A DNA stretch of 64,000 nucleotides from Candidatus Undivivens industriae (lineage in GTDB: Bacteria; Omnitrophota; Gorgyraeia; Gygaellales; Profunditerraquicolaceae): contig JAAYZR010000015.1 of the NCBI GenBank assembly GCA_012514745.1, forward strand, positions 7,479 to 71,478, read 5' to 3'. This document shows positions 1-9,611 of this stretch, one piece after another. The translations under genes and the position numbers were made by a program. Positions within the stretch are counted from its first letter, which is position 1; the number at the start of each line of letters is the position of its first letter. The notes under the pieces were generated by a model, which worked only from the letters and a program-made list of their open reading frames with translations, ran no database searches and was not told where the DNA came from.

Positions 1-977
1 AACCCGCAGGAAACCCCGATGTTAATCAACGCCCTGATGCAAAGTAAAGAGACCAGTCCGAGGCTGAAAAAATAACTGAACTTATCGGGCGAATTCTTTA
101 TTATCTTGACGCCCTGCAGTATAAATACCATGAACAAAAGCACCACCCCCACCGTTCCTATAAGTCCGAGTTCCTCTCCCATAATGGAAAAAATGAAATC
201 CGTATGAGCGGCCGGAAGATAAAAAAGCTTCTGTTTGGAATGCCCCAGCCCAACCCCGAAGAAACTGCCGGACCCCAGAGCGACCTGCGACTGTATGATC
301 TGGAAACCGGTGCCGCGCGGGTCGGCCCAGGGATTGAGGAACGCCAGTATGCGCATCTTGCGGTAAGGCACCCGGAAGATCAACAGATAGAGAGCCGGTA
401 TGGACGCCAGGAACAACGACAATAAATAAGATACCCTTGTCCCGGCGACGAAAAGCATGATAAGCACGGTAGCAGCCAATGCCACCACCGTTCCCAGGTC
501 CGGTTGGGCGAGTATCAGCACCACCGTGCAGCCCATCGCCGCCATAGGAGGAAAGAAACCTTTCCAGAACGAACGTAGTAGATTATCCTTGCGGGCGATA
601 AAATCGGCTATATATGCTATCAGCGCCAAATTGGCCAGCTCGGAAGGCTGGAAACTTATAAACTTGAAACGGAACCACCTGCGCGCGCCGGAGACCTCGC
701 GGCCGAGTCCGGGGACCAGTACCAGCAACAGCAGAAACAAGCAGACCAGAAGCAGAGGTTTGGAATAACGTGAAAATTTCCGGTAGTCGGAGACCATGGC
801 CAGAAACGCCAGCAGCATCCCGAACAGCAGAAAACAAATGTGCCTCTTCACGAAGAAAAGGCTGTCTTTATACCTGTCCAGCGCGTAGATACTGGAAGCG
901 CTGTAGATCATGACAACGCCGATGCATATCAAGGCCAACGTCACGGCAAAAAGCGTTATCCTGATATTCCTTATCAT
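1..977 (-). CDS. ftsW: Peptidoglycan glycosyltransferase FtsW (3' end runs off the window)
   Basis: Manual translation gives MIRNIRITLFAVTLALICIGVVMIYSASS...FQPSELAN...QPDLGT...QKLFYLPAAHTDFIFSIMGEELG. ATGA overlap with murD; position in the dcw cluster. Confidence 0.95.
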   Translation of the reverse strand, partial: MIRNIRITLFAVTLALICIGVVMIYSASSIYALDRYKDSLFFVKRHICFLLFGMLLAFLAMVSDYRKFSRYSKPLLLVCLFLLLLVLVPGLGREVSGARRWFRFKFISFQPSELANLALIAYIADFIARKDNLLRSFWKGFFPPMAAMGCTVVLILAQPDLGTVVALAATVLIMLFVAGTRVSYLLSLFLASIPALYLLIFRVPYRKMRILAFLNPWADPRGTGFQIIQSQVALGSGSFFGVGLGHSKQKLFYLPAAHTDFIFSIMGEELGLIGTVGVVLLFMVFILQGVKIIKNSPDKFSYFFSLGLVSLLCIRALINIGVSCG

Positions 978-2239
978 AGCCGTTCCCCCAGCGCGGAGAA
1001 TTCCGCCTTGAACGCCCGCCCCCGCTCTTCATAATTGGTAAACATGTCGAAACTGGAGCACATGGGAGACAACAGCACATAATCGCCCGCAGAAGCTTCC
1101 CGGAAGGCCTTTTGCACGGCGTCCGGCATCCCGGAGGCGTATTCCACAGGCACGCACCCGCCCAGGCAATCCCTTATCTTGTCTTTCGCTTCGCCTATCA
1201 GCAACAGCTTTTTCACCTTTCCCTTCGCGGCTTTGGCTATCAAAGAGTAATCGCATCCCTTATGCCTGCCGCCGGCGATCAGGAACACCCGCCCATTTAT
1301 GTTGTTCAGGGCCCACAGCGCAGATTCGGCGGTGGTCGCTTTGGAATCATTGATAAACTTTACCCCGCGCTTCTCCCCCACGAATTCGAAACGATGCTCT
1401 ATGCCGCGGAAATCTTGAAAGACCTTAACGCAGAGATCCGGGGTTATCCCGAGCAATGAAACTGCGGTCTTTACCGCGCTCTGATTCGGATTCAATCCTT
1501 CTTCCTCGCGGAAATAAACGGCCCTGGATCGCGCCTCTTTTTCCAATCCGCGCAAATACCGGTCCGACGGATTGAGCAAAAGAAAGTCTCCGTCTCCCTG
1601 GTTCAAATAAATACGTTTCTTCGCCTCGAGGTATTCCCTCATCCCCGGGTACCTGTCGAGATGATTCCTGTTTAAGTTCAATATCACAGCTATCCATGGC
1701 CTGAAATCGCGTATCGTCTCCAATTGGAAAGAACTAACCTCAAGACAGACAAAATCTTCGGCGGCCATTTTTTCCACCTCTCCGCAGAAAGGAGCTCCGA
1801 TGTTGCCGCAGACGAAAGCTTTCTTCCCGGAAGCCTTAATGACTTCCCCGATAAGAGTGGTAACAGTGGTCTTGCCGCTGGAGCCGGTGACCGCGATCAC
1901 CCTGGCCGGACAAAGCATATACGCGGCTTCTATTTCCCCTATCACCGGTATGCCGGCCTGCGCGGCGAAACCGAAAACCGGGCTTTGCGGGCCCACCCCC
2001 GGAGACACCACCACCATTTTGCTCCCGTCAAGAAATTCACGCGTGTGCCGCCCCAATTCGACCTCGATATCAGGAGAACAGAGTCCGCCCGCCGCCGTCC
2101 TGGTGAGCATACTGTCGCAGGCGTCGGTCACTCCTACGCGCGCGCCTATCCTGTATAGGAGATTGGCGCAGGCGACGCCTGAACGCGCCAGTCCCGCTAC
2201 CACGATTTTCTTCCCCTTGAAAAACTCCTGGTTTTTCAT
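974..2239 (-). CDS. murD: UDP-MurNAc-L-Ala:D-Glu ligase
   Basis: GLARSG, VVSPGV, TGSSGKTT, EVSSFQLE, NDSKATT and LSPMCSSFDMF motifs. Confidence 0.97.
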   Translation of the reverse strand: MKNQEFFKGKKIVVAGLARSGVACANLLYRIGARVGVTDACDSMLTRTAAGGLCSPDIEVELGRHTREFLDGSKMVVVSPGVGPQSPVFGFAAQAGIPVIGEIEAAYMLCPARVIAVTGSSGKTTVTTLIGEVIKASGKKAFVCGNIGAPFCGEVEKMAAEDFVCLEVSSFQLETIRDFRPWIAVILNLNRNHLDRYPGMREYLEAKKRIYLNQGDGDFLLLNPSDRYLRGLEKEARSRAVYFREEEGLNPNQSAVKTAVSLLGITPDLCVKVFQDFRGIEHRFEFVGEKRGVKFINDSKATTAESALWALNNINGRVFLIAGGRHKGCDYSLIAKAAKGKVKKLLLIGEAKDKIRDCLGGCVPVEYASGMPDAVQKAFREASAGDYVLLSPMCSSFDMFTNYEERGRAFKAEFSALGERL

Positions 2240-2319
2240 CTCCCGTCTTTCATCCTTGTGTTCTTAATGCTTGAGGACCGAAATCAGACCATCTCGCCGA
2301 CTTTTCAGCGGCGGATTCT

Positions 2320-2356
2320 GTGCGCTGTTTAAAGAACTTATTTAACAGCGCACTAC
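2320..2356 (-). repeat. REP-B GTAG-tagged hairpin, copy at the mraY stop
   Basis: Minus strand GTAG-TGCGCTGTT-AAATAAGTTCTTTA-AACAGCGCA-C; the TAG is the mraY stop codon. Confidence 0.85.
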
Positions 2357-3444
2357 CTCAACTTCAGCGTTACCAGCGTCAGCAGCGCCAGAAGTCCGGC
2401 CACTATCCAGAAACGCACGATCACCTTGCTCTCCTGCCAGCCGAGAAACTGAAAATGGTGGTGCAGCGGGGCTATCTTGAATATGCGTTTGCCGGTCAAT
2501 TTGAAAGAAGCCACCTGCAGTATCACCGAAAGCGCTTCCAGGACGAACACGCCACCGATGACGACCAACAACAGCTCTTTCTTTATCAACAGCGCGACCG
2601 TTCCCAGCGCTCCGCCCAGAGCCAGAGATCCCACGTCGCCCATGAATACGGACGCGGGATAACAATTGTACCATAAAAAACCCAGCCCGGCGCCGAGTAT
2701 GGCGGAACAAAAGACCGACAGCTCCCCGGCGCCTCTTATGTAGGGAATGAAAAGATAACTGCTGAAACGTATATTGCCCGCGACGTAACTCAATATCCCC
2801 AGCGCCAGGGCGGCCATGACCACGTTCCCGGCGGCAAGTCCATCCAGCCCGTCGGTAAGATTAACCGCGTTGGATGACCCGGCGATGACCAGCGCGGCGA
2901 ATAATATATAAAACACACCCAGGTCTATTGTGACCTCCTTCATAAAGGGGATGTCCAGGGCGGTCCCGTACTGGCCGTCTAAAAAAATAACTGCCCCCGC
3001 TATCAACCCCAACACCAGCTGGCTCGCGAGTTTCTGAGCCGCGCTCAGGCCCTTGGAACGCTTTCTGACCTGCTTCAGATAATCGTCCGCGAAACCGGTA
3101 AGCCCGAGCCAGAGAGTGACCGTCAGAGCGATGATAATGTTCTTGTTAAGCGCTTCCGACCAGAGCAGCGTGGAAATAAAGACAGCCGCCAGTATAAATA
3201 TCCCGCCCATAGTGGGCGTATCCTGCTTGTTTATCTGCAGTTTGTAAAGTTCGCCGCTCTCTTTATTATTGCGGATGTTCTCCCCTATCTTTTGCCGTCT
3301 GAGCATGTTTATTATCCGCGGGCCGAGAATCAAACTGAGCAGGAACGCGGTCAAAGCCGCCATCGCCGCCCTGAAGGTGATGTAACGGAATACGTTGAAA
3401 AGAGCTATTTCTCCATGCAGGGGATAAAAAAGGTAGTATAACAT
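2353..3444 (-). CDS. mraY: Phospho-MurNAc-pentapeptide transferase
   Basis: TPTMGG, NAVNLTDGLDGLA, FMGDVGS and APLHHHF motifs. Start taken as MLYYLFYP (ATG 3444, GGAGG upstream); the longer ORF starts inside a repeat. Confidence 0.96.
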   Translation of the reverse strand: MLYYLFYPLHGEIALFNVFRYITFRAAMAALTAFLLSLILGPRIINMLRRQKIGENIRNNKESGELYKLQINKQDTPTMGGIFILAAVFISTLLWSEALNKNIIIALTVTLWLGLTGFADDYLKQVRKRSKGLSAAQKLASQLVLGLIAGAVIFLDGQYGTALDIPFMKEVTIDLGVFYILFAALVIAGSSNAVNLTDGLDGLAAGNVVMAALALGILSYVAGNIRFSSYLFIPYIRGAGELSVFCSAILGAGLGFLWYNCYPASVFMGDVGSLALGGALGTVALLIKKELLLVVIGGVFVLEALSVILQVASFKLTGKRIFKIAPLHHHFQFLGWQESKVIVRFWIVAGLLALLTLVTLKLR

Positions 3445-3465
3445 ATGCCTCCGTGTATTCTTCTT

Positions 3466-3536
3466 ATTCCGGGGACACAATACTTAATTCACGCCCGGCT
3501 GTGTTTATGATAATTAAGTATTGTGTCCCCGGAATT
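3466..3536. repeat. REP-A inverted doublet (REPIN-like) between murF and mraY
   Basis: ATTCCGGGGACACAATACTTAATT - 22-nt spacer - AATTAAGTATTGTGTCCCCGGAATT. Confidence 0.95.
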
Positions 3537-4950
3537 CAAACACTTTCTCCATCCGCATCCCGCGCGAACCTTTGACCAACACGAGGTCTCTGCGGGTAAC
3601 CTTAAGCGTATCGCGCAGAATACCGGCTGCTTGCGCGGAATCAGCGCAGCAGAATACCTTGTCCGCCGCGAACCCGGCATCCAGCGCGGCCCCGGCGGCG
3701 GCGCGGGCGAGCCCGCCGACAGCCACGAGGACATCGCATACCCCGGCGGCCCGCGTTCCGGCCAGGCGGTGAAACTCGCCGGAGTCCGGCCCCAATTCCA
3801 GCATATCCCCCATCACCAGCACTTTCCTGCCTACGGCGGTTATCGCCCCCAGAGCCTCGACGGCACGCTCAAACGAAAGCGGATTGGAATTATATGTATC
3901 GTCTATGAACACCGTCACATCGCTCTTGAACAGGCTCATCCTGCCGGACGGAAAATCAAAACCGCCTAATTTAGCGCATATCCGATCGTAATCTATACCG
4001 AGTATCCTGCCGACCGCGGCCGCGGCCAGGGCGTTATAAACGTTATGCGCCCCCACGGTCTTCAACCGGCATGGGATTTTCCTCCCGCGCCCGAGCAGAA
4101 ACTCCACTCCGCGCCGCGTGGTTTTTATCCCGGAAGCGATAAAATCGGCTCCCGGAGACATCCCGTAACCGAATGCCCGGCGCCTCTTGACCAGCGGAAA
4201 CAGCATTTTATCGTCGGCATTAAGTATCGCTGCCCCCGGGCGGCGCAGGAATTTCAACAGAGACGCCTTTTCCTTCAGAACCCCGTTCAAACTGCCGAAA
4301 TGTTCCAGGTGAGAAGGCCCTATATTGGTAATAACGGCCATTGTCGGCCTGCAGACCGCGGCAAGATAAGCGATCTCGCCCGGGTGGTTGCTACCCAGCT
4401 CAAAGACAGCCGCCTGGTGCGAGGCCTTCAACTCCAGCAACGCCAGCGGCATTCCTATATGATTATTCCTGGTGCCCCGGTTTTTCAACACCCTGTAACC
4501 GGCGGAAAGCGCGCAGGCGATCATATCCTTGGTTGTGGTCTTGCCGTTAGAACCGGTCACGGCGACCACCGGTATATCGAAACGCATTCTGTGGAAATGC
4601 GCGATAGCGGCAAGCGCCCTGACCGTGTCTTTGACCACAACCACGTCCGGCCCTGACGGTATCCCTGAAAGGCCGCGCCTTGCCGTAACCAGACAGGCAG
4701 CGCCTTTGCGCGCCGCCTCCGCCAGAAAATCATGCCCGTCGAAATGCTCCCCTTTAACCGCGACAAAAACCTGACCCGGCACTACAGAACGGGAATCTAT
4801 AGAGACACCGCGCATACTCCTCTCAACGCTGCCGGGACGTACCAGTCCCCTACTGGGACGTGCCAGCCCCCTACTGGGACGTGCCAGTCCCGTACAGGGA
4901 CGTGCCAGTCCCCCGCCGGTAGCCTTCAGGATCTCTGAGAGCGTAAACAT
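3514..4950 (-). CDS. murF: UDP-MurNAc-tripeptide:D-Ala-D-Ala ligase
   Basis: SIDSR, DGHDF, TGSNGKTTTK, IDDTYNSNP, GDMLELG and LVKGSRGMRME motifs; N-terminal 7-aa tandem repeat. Confidence 0.96.
   Translation of the reverse strand: MFTLSEILKATGGGLARPCTGLARPSRGLARPSRGLVRPGSVERSMRGVSIDSRSVVPGQVFVAVKGEHFDGHDFLAEAARKGAACLVTARRGLSGIPSGPDVVVVKDTVRALAAIAHFHRMRFDIPVVAVTGSNGKTTTKDMIACALSAGYRVLKNRGTRNNHIGMPLALLELKASHQAAVFELGSNHPGEIAYLAAVCRPTMAVITNIGPSHLEHFGSLNGVLKEKASLLKFLRRPGAAILNADDKMLFPLVKRRRAFGYGMSPGADFIASGIKTTRRGVEFLLGRGRKIPCRLKTVGAHNVYNALAAAAVGRILGIDYDRICAKLGGFDFPSGRMSLFKSDVTVFIDDTYNSNPLSFERAVEALGAITAVGRKVLVMGDMLELGPDSGEFHRLAGTRAAGVCDVLVAVGGLARAAAGAALDAGFAADKVFCCADSAQAAGILRDTLKVTRRDLVLVKGSRGMRMEKVFEFRGHNT
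4834..4912 (-). repeat. 21-bp tandem repeat (about 4 copies) of GTAG/GTAC-tagged mini-hairpins, in frame within murF
   Basis: Minus strand GGGACTGGCACGTCCC TGTAC GGGACTGGCACGTCCC AGTAG GGGGCTGGCACGTCCC AGTAG GGGACTGGTACGTCCC; encodes GLARPCT/GLARPSR/GLARPSR/GLVRPG. Confidence 0.9.
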
Positions 4951-6395
4951 TCCCTCACGACCTCCCTGTCGTCGAAATGCAGTTTTTCCGCGCCGATTAT
5001 CTGGTAATCCTCGTGCCCTTTGCCGGCGACCAGCACGATATCCCCGGCCGCTGCCATCTTCAAAGCCGCGGCTATCGCTTCTTTCCGGTCGGGCACCACT
5101 CGGTAATTATCGCTTTTCATACCCTCTTCTATGGCGGAGATTATCGAAGCCGGACTTTCGGAACGCGGATTATCATTGGTAACCAGCGCGTAGTCGGAAA
5201 GTTCCGAGACTATCCCTCCCATAAGAGGCCGCTTCTGCCTGTCCCTTTCCCCCCCGCATCCGAACACGGTAATGATGCGTCCGGAAGAGAATTGTCTGAG
5301 CGACGAAAGGACCTTTTCCAGCGCGTCCGGAGTATGGGCGTAATCCACGTAAACGGAGTAGCCGCGCGGAGAATCAATACGTTCCATCCTTCCGGGGACA
5401 TAAGAGAAACTCTCCAGCGCGGTTTTGAGCGTTTTCCTGTCTATGCCGGAACACAGGGCCCAAACGGAAGCCGCCAGCGCGTTGTAAACGTTGTGCCGGC
5501 CTACGAGAGCCGTCCGAAACGACTCCCCGCAGTCCGCGCCTTGCGCCGTGATCCTGAAACTGCTCTCCTGCCCGGAAAGCCGGATATCCACGGCTCGAAA
5601 ATCGGAGCCTTCCAGCAGGCCGTAGCCGTTCACCGCGGCCGCGGTCATCCCGGCCAAGCTGCGTCCGCGTTCGTCGTCGGTGTTGATGACGCAAAACGCC
5701 TTGTCGGAAAGCCCGGAGAACAACAGCGCCTTGGCCCGAAAATATTCTTCTTCCGTTTTATGGTAATCAAGATGATCCCGGGTCAGGTTCGTGAAGACGG
5801 CGGAATGGAATTCCACACCCTCCGTCCTGCGCTGATCAAGCGCGTGTGAGGAAACCTCCATAACCGCGTAAGACGCCCCCTTTTCACGCATGGACGATAA
5901 AAGTCTCTGCAGTTCCACGGCGCCGGGGGTGGTGTTGGTAGAAGGCAGGACTTCTTCTCCCATCCTGTAATTCACCGTGCCTATCACGCCGGCCTTGCCC
6001 CCGGAACAGAAAATGATATGCTCCAGCAGATATGTCAGGGTAGTCTTGCCGTTGGTGCCGGTTATTCCCGCCACCTTGAGTTTCGAAGAAGGCTCCCCGT
6101 AAAAACGCGACGCCAACCTGCCCGCGGCAGTTCTCGGATCTTCCGTTACCAGGCGGGCCACGCCCGCCGGCAGTCCCTCGAGCGCTTTGACATTTCCGGC
6201 TACGACGGCCGACGCGCCTTTGGAGACCGCTTCCGGGATGAACCTGTGCCCGTCCGTTCCGCAGCCGGGCACCGCGATGAAAAGCTCCCCCTTGATAACG
6301 CGCCTGGAATCCACGCATATCCCGCGGATGTCGCGGTCCGGGCCTTCGTCAATCCTCGATACCGCCGTTCCCGAAATCAATCTGCTTAACTTCAT
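4926..6395 (-). CDS. murE: UDP-MurNAc-dipeptide:meso-DAP ligase
   Basis: TGTNGKTT, MEVSSH, TNLTRDHLDYH, VDYAHTPD, DNPR (DAP-specific) and AGKGHE motifs. Confidence 0.97.
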   Translation of the reverse strand: MKLSRLISGTAVSRIDEGPDRDIRGICVDSRRVIKGELFIAVPGCGTDGHRFIPEAVSKGASAVVAGNVKALEGLPAGVARLVTEDPRTAAGRLASRFYGEPSSKLKVAGITGTNGKTTLTYLLEHIIFCSGGKAGVIGTVNYRMGEEVLPSTNTTPGAVELQRLLSSMREKGASYAVMEVSSHALDQRRTEGVEFHSAVFTNLTRDHLDYHKTEEEYFRAKALLFSGLSDKAFCVINTDDERGRSLAGMTAAAVNGYGLLEGSDFRAVDIRLSGQESSFRITAQGADCGESFRTALVGRHNVYNALAASVWALCSGIDRKTLKTALESFSYVPGRMERIDSPRGYSVYVDYAHTPDALEKVLSSLRQFSSGRIITVFGCGGERDRQKRPLMGGIVSELSDYALVTNDNPRSESPASIISAIEEGMKSDNYRVVPDRKEAIAAALKMAAAGDIVLVAGKGHEDYQIIGAEKLHFDDREVVRECLRSQRS

Positions 6396-8097
6396 TTAAC
6401 TTCCATACCTCCTCGACAGACTGTTTTGTCTTCAGATACCGCAAAGTATCGGATACCACGTTCCTGAACACCGGGGAAGCGACCACTCCGCCGTAATAAT
6501 AGGGCCGCGGCTCGTCGAGCACTACCGCAACCACCAGCGCAGGTTCCTCGGCCGGCGCGAAGCCGACGAAAGAAGCGGTGAATTTACTGTGAGAATACCT
6601 GCCGTCCGGCTCCAGCTTCTGGGCGGTCCCGGTCTTTCCCCCGGCGGTAAAACCCGGGACCTGGGCGAGCTTACCCGTGCCGTGCTGCACCACCCCGGTG
6701 AGTATCTTGCGCATCCTGGCCGCCGTTTCCTGGGAGATCACCTGCCGGATCGCCTGCGGCTTGAACTCCTGGATGGCCTCACCATATTTGTCCCTCACCT
6801 CGCTTACCAGGTAAGGCTTCATCAAAGTCCCTCCGTTGGCGATAACCGAAAAAGCGCAGGCCAGTTGCAGAACGGTCACACCGATCTCCTGTCCCATCGG
6901 CATCGTGGCTATCGATATCTTCGACCATTGTCTCGGATTCTTTGCCACTCCGGAGATCTCTCCGGGGATATCCACTCCGGTCTTGGCGCCGAACCCGAAC
7001 AGCTTGATATAACGGTAAAACTCCGCCGGCCCGAGCTTCTGGGCGATCTTGGAAGTGCCGATGTTGCTCGACTGTTCAATCACCTCGCTGAAAGTGAGCC
7101 AGCCGTGCGAACGGTGATCGTGCAGAACGTGGCTGGCTATGCGGTAGGATCCGTTCTCACAAAAGAACTTCTCGTCCTCCCGGCTTCTCTTTTCTTCCAG
7201 CGCCCCGGCGGCCGCTACTATCTTAAAGACCGATCCCGGCTCGAACATATCGCATACCGCGCGGTTGCGCCTGCTGTCCTGGGAGGAAGACGAATACTCA
7301 TTAAGGTCGAACGTCGGCCTGTTTGCCATAGCCAATATCGCCCCGGTATGCGGATTCATCACCACGATACTCCCGCCTTTGGCGTTGCCCGACTCGTAAG
7401 CCTTCTGGAGTTCTCGCTCGGCGATATACTGGATCACGCCGTCGATGGTCATCACCACGTTGTCGCCGTCTTTAGGCAGGACCATGTTCTCCCATATCTC
7501 AAGCCGTTTCTGCCTGGCGTCGCGCAGGAAATAAGCCCAGCCTCCCTCGCCTTTGAGATATTTGTTATATAAAAGTTCGTTCCCCTCCAGCCCGTTATTA
7601 TCTATGCCGGCGAACCCTATCAGGTGGCTGGACAGGTAACCGTTGGGATAACAGCGCTTACTTTCTTTAACGCAGCCGATACCCTTGATGTTAAGCTTCT
7701 TCGCTTCTTCGCTCTGCTGAGGGGTCATTTTCCGCTGCAGCCAGATGAAATATTTTTTTCTCCCCAGGCGCTCGCTTAAATAAGAACGTTCGACTCCGAG
7801 TATAGGCGCCAGCTGTTTTATCGCTCGCTCCTTGTCCGCTGACGACATCCCCGCAGGCGAGGCGAAAAGCGAATCCGCCGGTATGTTGATGGCCTGCGGC
7901 CGCAGATTGATATCGTATATCGTCCCGCGGCGCGGTTCGAGCTCGACGTAAAGGTTATGCTGTTTACGGGCTATCGAGGCGAGGTATTCTGAGCGAAAGA
8001 ACTGGATGAATAACAATCGTGCTACGCAGAGAAAAAGAAAGAAGAAAAACAGAAAAAAGACCGCATTGAAGCGGCGGCGGTAGGTGGCTATATACAC
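6349..8097 (-). CDS. ftsI: Class B penicillin-binding protein (FtsI/PBP3)
   Basis: RGTIYD, EPGSVFK (SxxK), SSN and KTGTAQK motifs; N-terminal TM segment. Confidence 0.93.
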   Translation of the reverse strand: MYIATYRRRFNAVFFLFFFFLFLCVARLLFIQFFRSEYLASIARKQHNLYVELEPRRGTIYDINLRPQAINIPADSLFASPAGMSSADKERAIKQLAPILGVERSYLSERLGRKKYFIWLQRKMTPQQSEEAKKLNIKGIGCVKESKRCYPNGYLSSHLIGFAGIDNNGLEGNELLYNKYLKGEGGWAYFLRDARQKRLEIWENMVLPKDGDNVVMTIDGVIQYIAERELQKAYESGNAKGGSIVVMNPHTGAILAMANRPTFDLNEYSSSSQDSRRNRAVCDMFEPGSVFKIVAAAGALEEKRSREDEKFFCENGSYRIASHVLHDHRSHGWLTFSEVIEQSSNIGTSKIAQKLGPAEFYRYIKLFGFGAKTGVDIPGEISGVAKNPRQWSKISIATMPMGQEIGVTVLQLACAFSVIANGGTLMKPYLVSEVRDKYGEAIQEFKPQAIRQVISQETAARMRKILTGVVQHGTGKLAQVPGFTAGGKTGTAQKLEPDGRYSHSKFTASFVGFAPAEEPALVVAVVLDEPRPYYYGGVVASPVFRNVVSDTLRYLKTKQSVEEVWKLNEVKQIDFGNGGIED

Positions 8098-8316
8098 AAC
8101 TATATAATAAAGATTATACCGGCGCCGGGTTCTGCGCCGCGCCGGTTTACCGGGGAAGGGCCGTTTCTTCTCCTCCAGCCGGTAATCGTCTGATTATCGG
8201 AATATCCGCCCGCCGGGCCTCCCAGGGCCGCGCGGCGAGATATCTGTCCCGGATGTAAACGCGGGATCTTATACAATAATTGCTCCGGATTGCACTGCCT
8301 GCCGCAAAGCGGAAAG

Positions 8317-8685
8317 TCAATGCTGGATCGTGTGCGCTTCCGCCTGTCTCTTTATGCTGAATATCCTGGAAGCCAGCGTGAAAACACCGCCCTCTTCCCG
8401 GCCGGCCGGCGTTCCGCTCGCAACGGAGCCCACTTTCACCACCCGGCAGGTATCCGGCATCTGGAACTGATCGTCCCTGGAGACCTTATTCCCTATCCGT
8501 ATCAGGGAAGCGCTCTTCTCTATATTGTAACGCAGAACGTTGTTCTTATCGAGAAGTTCCTGGAAGGCTGATTGTTTCCTCTCCCCCTCGTAAGCCAGAC
8601 GAAAGATCTCCGCCTGTTGATAAACGTAGAGAACGGAAAAGACCGTACCTAACAATATGACGACTATTAATCGCGATATTCTCAT
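8317..8685 (-). CDS. ftsL: FtsL-like cell division protein
   Basis: Single TM segment followed by a short coiled coil, located between rsmH and ftsI; assigned by synteny. Confidence 0.6.
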   Translation of the reverse strand: MRISRLIVVILLGTVFSVLYVYQQAEIFRLAYEGERKQSAFQELLDKNNVLRYNIEKSASLIRIGNKVSRDDQFQMPDTCRVVKVGSVASGTPAGREEGGVFTLASRIFSIKRQAEAHTIQH

Positions 8686-8686
8686 T

Positions 8687-9595
8687 TTACCGCCTTTCCG
8701 CCACCCGCAGCTTGGCGCTGCGGCTGGGAGGATTATCCTTTATTTCGCAAGTGGTAGGAGTCAAAGGTTTGTGCGTTATTATATCAATCTTCCCCGCCGA
8801 AGCAAGCTCCCGGAAAGCCAGCTTTATCGTCCTGTCTTCCAGGGAATGAAAAGAGATAACGCAGAGCCTGCCGCCCCGCTCAAGCAGGTCCACGGCTTTG
8901 TTCACCGCGCTGCCCAACACCTCCAGTTCCCTGTTGACGGCGATTCTCACCGCCTGAAAAGTGCGGGTGGCCGGATGCAGACGCTGATGGCGGAACCTGC
9001 CGGGGATAGCCCGGAGCACGATATCGCTCAACTGACGCGTCGTGGAGATCGGAGATTTCTGGCGTTCGCGCACCAGCAGGCTGGCTATGCGGTTGTGCCA
9101 CCTCTCCTGCCCGAAATTCCGCAACAGCGACGATATCTCTTCCTCATTCAGATTGTTCACCAGGTCGTAAGCCGAAATATAACTATTCCTGTCCAGCCGC
9201 ATGTCCAACGGCCCGTCGTTCTGAAAGCTGAAGCCGCGCTGGGGATTGGAAAGTTGATAGGAAGAAATGCCCAGATCCATCAGTATCGCGCCTGCGCCGG
9301 TCACGCCGAAAGAAGCCGCCACCTTGTCGATATCGTAAAAATTGCTGTAAGCGAGGTCGAAAGAACCGCTGTAAGCCTCCAGCCTTTGTCCGGCTATCCG
9401 CAGCGATTCCTCGTCCCTGTCTATGCCGATCAGCCTTCCTGCCGGCATGATGCGCTCCATAAAGGCCAGGCTGTGTCCTGCCGTACCCACGGTGCAATCA
9501 ATGACCGTCATCCCGGATGCCGGACGCAAATACTCCAGGACTTCGTTAAGCATAACCGGATGATGAATTACTGGCTCCATAACCTGTTCCTGCAT
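8687..9595 (-). CDS. rsmH: 16S rRNA m4C1402 methyltransferase
   Basis: HHPVML, DCTVGTAGH, DLGISS, PLDMR, SFHSLEDR and SRSAKLR motifs; start codon uncertain. Confidence 0.96.
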   Translation of the reverse strand: MQEQVMEPVIHHPVMLNEVLEYLRPASGMTVIDCTVGTAGHSLAFMERIMPAGRLIGIDRDEESLRIAGQRLEAYSGSFDLAYSNFYDIDKVAASFGVTGAGAILMDLGISSYQLSNPQRGFSFQNDGPLDMRLDRNSYISAYDLVNNLNEEEISSLLRNFGQERWHNRIASLLVRERQKSPISTTRQLSDIVLRAIPGRFRHQRLHPATRTFQAVRIAVNRELEVLGSAVNKAVDLLERGGRLCVISFHSLEDRTIKLAFRELASAGKIDIITHKPLTPTTCEIKDNPPSRSAKLRVAERR

Positions 9596-9611
9596 TACGC
9601 CTGTGATCAAC

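Noticed and set aside
8098-8316. GC-rich ftsL-ftsI intergenic region as an ncRNA or missing gene
   Set aside because: Only short GC hairpins and a possible -10 box; no ORF or RNA family motif that I can support.
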